Assembly: GCA_051872765.1 (NCBI GenBank) | Contig: JBJEED010000091.1 | Span: 17,878 to 81,877 of the forward strand | Reading direction: 5' to 3' | Length of the DNA: 64,000 bases | DNA from: Bacilli bacterium | GTDB taxonomy: Bacteria; Bacillota_I; Bacilli_A; RF39; UBA660 | In this document: positions 59,729-64,000 of the stretch, piece after piece | Layout of the letters: every line of letters begins with the position of its first letter | How positions within the stretch are numbered: position 1 is the stretch's first letter | Program-made: the position numbers and the translations under genes | The notes under the pieces: model-generated | What the model saw: the letters and a program-made list of their open reading frames with translations, nothing else | The model's database searches: none | What the model was told of the DNA's origin: nothing

Positions 59729-60643
59729 CTAACAATCATGATTTTTACATTTTTCAGAATTATATTCTATTTCTAAAGTGACATGTTCAATATCATTATC
59801 CTTTAATACTTTTTTAATATCATTTTTTAAAGTTATTATTTCTTTTTGAGTGACATCTTTATTAAGAGATACATGGGCAGTCATACAATTATTAATAGCA
59901 TCAACTGACCATACATGTATATGATGAATATCTTTAACATTATCAAATTTATCTTTTATTATCTTTTTTAAATTATCAATGTTAATATTTTTAGGAACTT
60001 TTTCCATAAATATATCAAATATTTCTTTTAAGTTTTTATAAACATGTAATAGTATAAATAATGCAATAAGTATTGATAGTATTGGATCGATAATTAATAG
60101 TCCAGTTATTTTTATTACTACACTTCCTAATAATACAGCTAACCAACCAAATACATCTTCAAGCATATGCAAATTAATTGCTTTTTCATTATGTTTAATA
60201 CCTTTAGAAGTTTTATAAGCGGCATAACCATTTATCATAACACCAAATATTGCAAATATAATCATCGCATCATGATTAACTTCTTCTGGTTGAAATAACC
60301 TAGGTATTGCATTTATTATAACAAATCCTGAACCAATTAATAGAACAACTGATGCAAGTAAAGCTCCCACTAATGAGTATCTTAAGTATCCATATGTATA
60401 TGTTTCATCTGGATTCTTTTTACTTTTTCTTTCTAATAAATACGATATTCCAATTGAAAAGGAATCTCCTAAATCGTGTATTGCATCTGAAAATATAGAA
60501 ATGCTATTTGTTAAAATTCCGCCAAAGAACTCAAGTATTGAAAATATTAAATTAAGAAAAAAAGCTGCTTTAATATTTTCTGATGCTTTATTTGCTAGTT
60601 CTTTAATATGATCATGATTTTCTTTTTTATTTTTCTTTGCCAT
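59729..60643 (-). CDS. czcD: Cation diffusion facilitator (CzcD-like Zn/Co/Cd exporter)
   Basis: SDAIHDLGD, YTYGY.R, LHMLED, DIHHIHVW and HVTLEIE. Confidence 0.9.
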   Translation of the reverse strand: MAKKNKKENHDHIKELANKASENIKAAFFLNLIFSILEFFGGILTNSISIFSDAIHDLGDSFSIGISYLLERKSKKNPDETYTYGYLRYSLVGALLASVVLLIGSGFVIINAIPRLFQPEEVNHDAMIIFAIFGVMINGYAAYKTSKGIKHNEKAINLHMLEDVFGWLAVLLGSVVIKITGLLIIDPILSILIALFILLHVYKNLKEIFDIFMEKVPKNINIDNLKKIIKDKFDNVKDIHHIHVWSVDAINNCMTAHVSLNKDVTQKEIITLKNDIKKVLKDNDIEHVTLEIEYNSEKCKNHDC

Positions 60644-60731
60644 ATTTACCTCCAGGTCAATTATATCATATATTTTGCAATATATTGAAAGAATTATATA
60701 TTTTTGATAAAATTATTTATGGTGGTTAGTA

Positions 60732-60860
60732 ATGAATATTTATGATTTATTGTTATTATGCAATATTAGAACTGAAGTAGCTTTATTAGCTTTAGTAGGT
60801 ATATGTATTATTTTTTTAATAATTATTTTAACTATTATTAAAAAAAAGAAAGAAAAGTAG
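60732..60860 (+). CDS. Small single-TM protein (42 aa)
   Basis: Not in the ORF track. MNIYDLLLLCNIRTEVALLALVGICIIFLIIILTIIKKKKEK; GGTGG RBS; ends 1 nt before the next ATG. Confidence 0.55.
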   Translation: MNIYDLLLLCNIRTEVALLALVGICIIFLIIILTIIKKKKEK

Positions 60861-60861
60861 T

Positions 60862-62829
60862 ATGAATAAAAAAGTAGTAGTACCTATATGGTGGTTATTT
60901 TGGATTATATATTTAGAATTTATCTATAGAATATTTATAGTAGGTAATTTTTTTACAATGAATACTTTATCTGTAGTACTTTTTAGTTTTTTATGGATAA
61001 TATTTTTTTCTTTGATAACTACCTTATTTAAGGAAAGAGTAAATAGAATAATTACAATTTTAATATTATCGTTTATAATTTTAATAACATTAGCACAGAT
61101 TGTGTATTTTAATTTTTATAATTCAATATTTTCATTTTTTTCATTAACAACTGGTACTGGACAAGTAATGCAATTTTGGCAGATGATTATAGATGTTATA
61201 CTTAGAATTTGGTATATATTTGTTCTTATATTAGTTCCATATATTTTGTTTTTAATATTTAATAAAAAAATTGTATCATATAGAAGACTTAAATTATCAG
61301 GATATATTATAACATTATTAATTGGAGTTATTTCGTTAGTAGGAACGACTATTTATATAAAAATGGACAATAAGGGAATTTATTCATTAAATAGATTAAT
61401 ATATTCTACACATGCGCCAATGTTAACTATAGATAAAACTGGTTTATTTACTATGCAAGCAATAGATATATATAGATATTTATTTGGTTTTGATGAAGAA
61501 TATATCTTTCCTGTTGAAAAAGAAGAAACTGAAAAGGAAGATGTTGAAGAAGAGGTTAAAAAAATAGAATATAATAAATATGATATAGATTTTGATTTGT
61601 TAATAAGCAATGAAAAAAATGCTAAAGTAAAAAAAATACATGAGTATATGAAAAATGTAGAGCCTACTCAAAAAAATAAATATACTGGGATGTTTAAAGA
61701 TAAAAACTTAATATTTATTACAGCAGAAGCTTTTGATTCTATTGCTATTGATGAAAATATTACTCCAACGTTATATAAAATGGCAACTGAAGGAGCTAAG
61801 TTTGATAATTATTATCAACCATTATATCCTGTATCGACTTCAGATGGTGAATATTTAAATGTTATGTCACTAATTCCAAAAGAAGGTGTTTGGAGTTTTG
61901 CAAAAACAGGATCATTAGATATGAAATTTGCAATTGGAAATATGTTTAAAAATAACAATTATTTAACATTAGGTTATCATAATCATCATTATAAATATTA
62001 TGATAGGCATAAATCTCATCCTAATATAGGTCTTAAATATATGGGATGTAAGAATGGTCTTGAAAAGATTATGAATTGTAACAGATGGCCAAATAGTGAC
62101 AATGAGATGTTACAAGCAACATTACCTAGTTATATAAATAGTACAAATCCTTTTATGGTCTACTATATGACAGTTAGTGGGCATTTGAATTATAATTTTT
62201 ATGGTAATAATATGGCAAGTAGACATAAAAATGAAGTTAAAAATTTAAAATATAGTGATGCAGTTAAAGCCTATTATGCTACCCAAATAGAGTTAGATCT
62301 TGCAATGAAATATTTAATAGATGAGCTTACTGAAAAAGGTATATTGGAAGATACAGTTATAATAATTGCACCTGATCATTATCCATATGGTTTAAGTACA
62401 AAAGAGTTAAATGAGGTTAGTCTAACTGATAGAGGTGATAAATTTGAAAAATTTCATACATCTTTATTAATGTATAACCCTAAATTAAATGGAACATATA
62501 TAAATGATACAATAAGTGGATTAGATATACTTCCCACAATTTATAATTTATTTGGTATAGAATATGATTCTAGATTTTATATGGGTAAAGACATATTTAG
62601 TGAAGATGAACATATAGTGATACTTTCTGATAGAAGTTGGATTACTAGTAAGGGTAAATATAATAGTGTAACAAAAGAATTTATTAAGACTGTTGATGAA
62701 GATGTTCCAGATGATTATATTGATAATATTAACATGATGGTATCTTCAAAATTTTCGGTATCAGCATCCATATTAGATGTAAATTATTTTTCTAAGGTGA
62801 GTTTAAATGTTGAAAGTCCAAGTGTGTAA
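60862..62829 (+). CDS. LTA synthase family / sulfatase-superfamily membrane protein
   Basis: Five TM segments, then KNLIFITAEAFD, TPTL, STSDGEY, TVSGH and APDHYPY. Confidence 0.88.
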   Translation: MNKKVVVPIWWLFWIIYLEFIYRIFIVGNFFTMNTLSVVLFSFLWIIFFSLITTLFKERVNRIITILILSFIILITLAQIVYFNFYNSIFSFFSLTTGTGQVMQFWQMIIDVILRIWYIFVLILVPYILFLIFNKKIVSYRRLKLSGYIITLLIGVISLVGTTIYIKMDNKGIYSLNRLIYSTHAPMLTIDKTGLFTMQAIDIYRYLFGFDEEYIFPVEKEETEKEDVEEEVKKIEYNKYDIDFDLLISNEKNAKVKKIHEYMKNVEPTQKNKYTGMFKDKNLIFITAEAFDSIAIDENITPTLYKMATEGAKFDNYYQPLYPVSTSDGEYLNVMSLIPKEGVWSFAKTGSLDMKFAIGNMFKNNNYLTLGYHNHHYKYYDRHKSHPNIGLKYMGCKNGLEKIMNCNRWPNSDNEMLQATLPSYINSTNPFMVYYMTVSGHLNYNFYGNNMASRHKNEVKNLKYSDAVKAYYATQIELDLAMKYLIDELTEKGILEDTVIIIAPDHYPYGLSTKELNEVSLTDRGDKFEKFHTSLLMYNPKLNGTYINDTISGLDILPTIYNLFGIEYDSRFYMGKDIFSEDEHIVILSDRSWITSKGKYNSVTKEFIKTVDEDVPDDYIDNINMMVSSKFSVSASILDVNYFSKVSLNVESPSV

Positions 62830-63628
62830 TTTAGATGTTAATAGCATATTAACTAGTGGAGCTTGTTTTAGATATATTATTGAAGATGATAATAGTATTA
62901 CCAATATATTAAAAGATAGAGTAATTAATATAAAACAAGATAAAGATATACTATATATTAAATCATCTAATTATGATAATTTAAAAGAAGTTATATTTGA
63001 TTATTTTGATTTAAATAGAGATTATGATGTAATAAACAAAGAATTAATTACTAATAATGATAATTTAAAAGATATAATTAATAGATGTAGTAATTATAGA
63101 ATATTAAATCAAGATTCTTTTGAGATGTGTATTAGTTATATTATAAGCCAAAATAATAATGTTAAAAGAATTAGTAAAACAATTAATGATTTAAGTAAAG
63201 AATATGGAACAAAAGTTGTATTTGAAAATAAAGAGTATTATTTATTTCCAAATTATGAGCAAATAAAAAATATTACTAATGAAGAACTAAAGCTATTTGG
63301 CGTTGGTTTTAGAGATAAGTATATTAAAAATTTTATAGATTTTTATCCTAGTATGAAAGATTTAAACAATTTATCAACAAAAGATGCTTTAGATGAACTT
63401 ATGAAAGTCAAAGGAATAGGATTAAAAGTAGCTTCATGTATATTATTATTTGGATATAAAAGATTAGATGTTTTTCCAATTGATACATGGGTAAAACAAT
63501 TTATATCTAATAATTACAATATAAAGAATAATCAAAAAGAAATAGAAAAGTTTGCTAAAGAAAATTTTGGAAAATATTCAGGTTTAGTTATACAATATAT
63601 GTTTCATAGTCAAAGGAATATTAAATAA
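62807..63628 (+). CDS. 8-oxoguanine DNA glycosylase (Ogg/HhH-GPD)
   Basis: SGACFR, RILNQD.FE..ISYIISQNNN..RI, KGIGLKVASC and FPIDTW. Confidence 0.9.
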   Translation: MLKVQVCNLDVNSILTSGACFRYIIEDDNSITNILKDRVINIKQDKDILYIKSSNYDNLKEVIFDYFDLNRDYDVINKELITNNDNLKDIINRCSNYRILNQDSFEMCISYIISQNNNVKRISKTINDLSKEYGTKVVFENKEYYLFPNYEQIKNITNEELKLFGVGFRDKYIKNFIDFYPSMKDLNNLSTKDALDELMKVKGIGLKVASCILLFGYKRLDVFPIDTWVKQFISNNYNIKNNQKEIEKFAKENFGKYSGLVIQYMFHSQRNIK

Positions 63629-63865
63629 GTTGTAATTTTAAATAATATGTGCTATTATTTTTTATAAGAGGAATAAGTATGATAAAGAATAATATTTTTA
63701 ATTCTATTACTGGTTTTAATTATTTAATTTCTTTATCATTATTTTCCTTTTTTATTTTTAATATCATCTTATGATGATATTTTTTTATATAAAATTATTA
63801 TGAAAGGAGTTGTATATAAAAAAAGAAAATTTTGTTTAATAATTAAATATTTAAGGAGGAAATAT

Positions 63866-64000
63866 ATGAAAGAGATTATTTTAAATCATCCTATGATTAC
63901 ACATAAATTATCAATATTAAGAGATAAAAATACAGGTACAAAAAAATTTAAAGAATTAATTAGTGAAATATCAATGATCCTTTGTTATGAGGCAACAAAA
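63866..64000 (+). CDS. upp: Uracil phosphoribosyltransferase, N-terminal part
   Basis: Not in the ORF track. AAGGAGG RBS; [45 protein letters not shown]; runs off the window. Confidence 0.92.
   Translation, partial: MKEIILNHPMITHKLSILRDKNTGTKKFKELISEISMILCYEATK

Noticed and set aside
63679-63774. 31-codon hydrophobic ORF before upp
   Set aside because: Low-complexity AT-rich sequence with no support beyond a weak RBS.
1-64000. Mycoplasma-type genetic code (TGA=Trp), suggested by the very low GC
   Set aside because: Long genes read through under table 11, Trp is encoded by TGG, and TGA ends recF and other genes at the expected positions.

Overview
Very AT-rich chromosomal origin region of a Firmicute. 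It uses translation table 11, and its gene order follows the Bacillus subtilis oriC region with many genes missing. This fits a reduced-genome Bacilli lineage such as RF39, but the taxonomy is inference. Backbone: yidC-rnpA-rpmH / oriC-dnaA-dnaN-comK-recF-gyrB-gyrA, a parS cluster, SRP RNA, tadA-dnaX-ybaB-recR-bofA-holB-yaaT-yabB-rsmI-pth-mfd-spoVT-tatD-rsmA, yabG-veg, spoVG-yabP-yabQ-divIC-tilS-ftsH, tsaB-rimI-tsaD, tRNA-Cys, a CDF transporter, an LTA synthase-family gene, an Ogg-type glycosylase and the start of upp. Sporulation and competence genes are retained. Most notable observations: (1) a 3.2-kb serine-recombinase element splits a two-LysM gene, and precise excision would restore its frame (skin-like); (2) two tandem hybrid histidine kinases have complementary defects, one with the phospho-His but a degenerate ATP-binding domain and the other with an intact ATP-binding domain but no His, suggesting an obligate heterodimer; (3) a SipW/TasA-like surface operon whose large subunit carries a Hint autoprocessing domain; (4) a duplicated Noc-box + parS composite unit; (5) non-canonical TTATYAACA DnaA boxes and phased Spo0A boxes upstream of comK. 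All family calls come from motif recognition by eye; no database searches were run.
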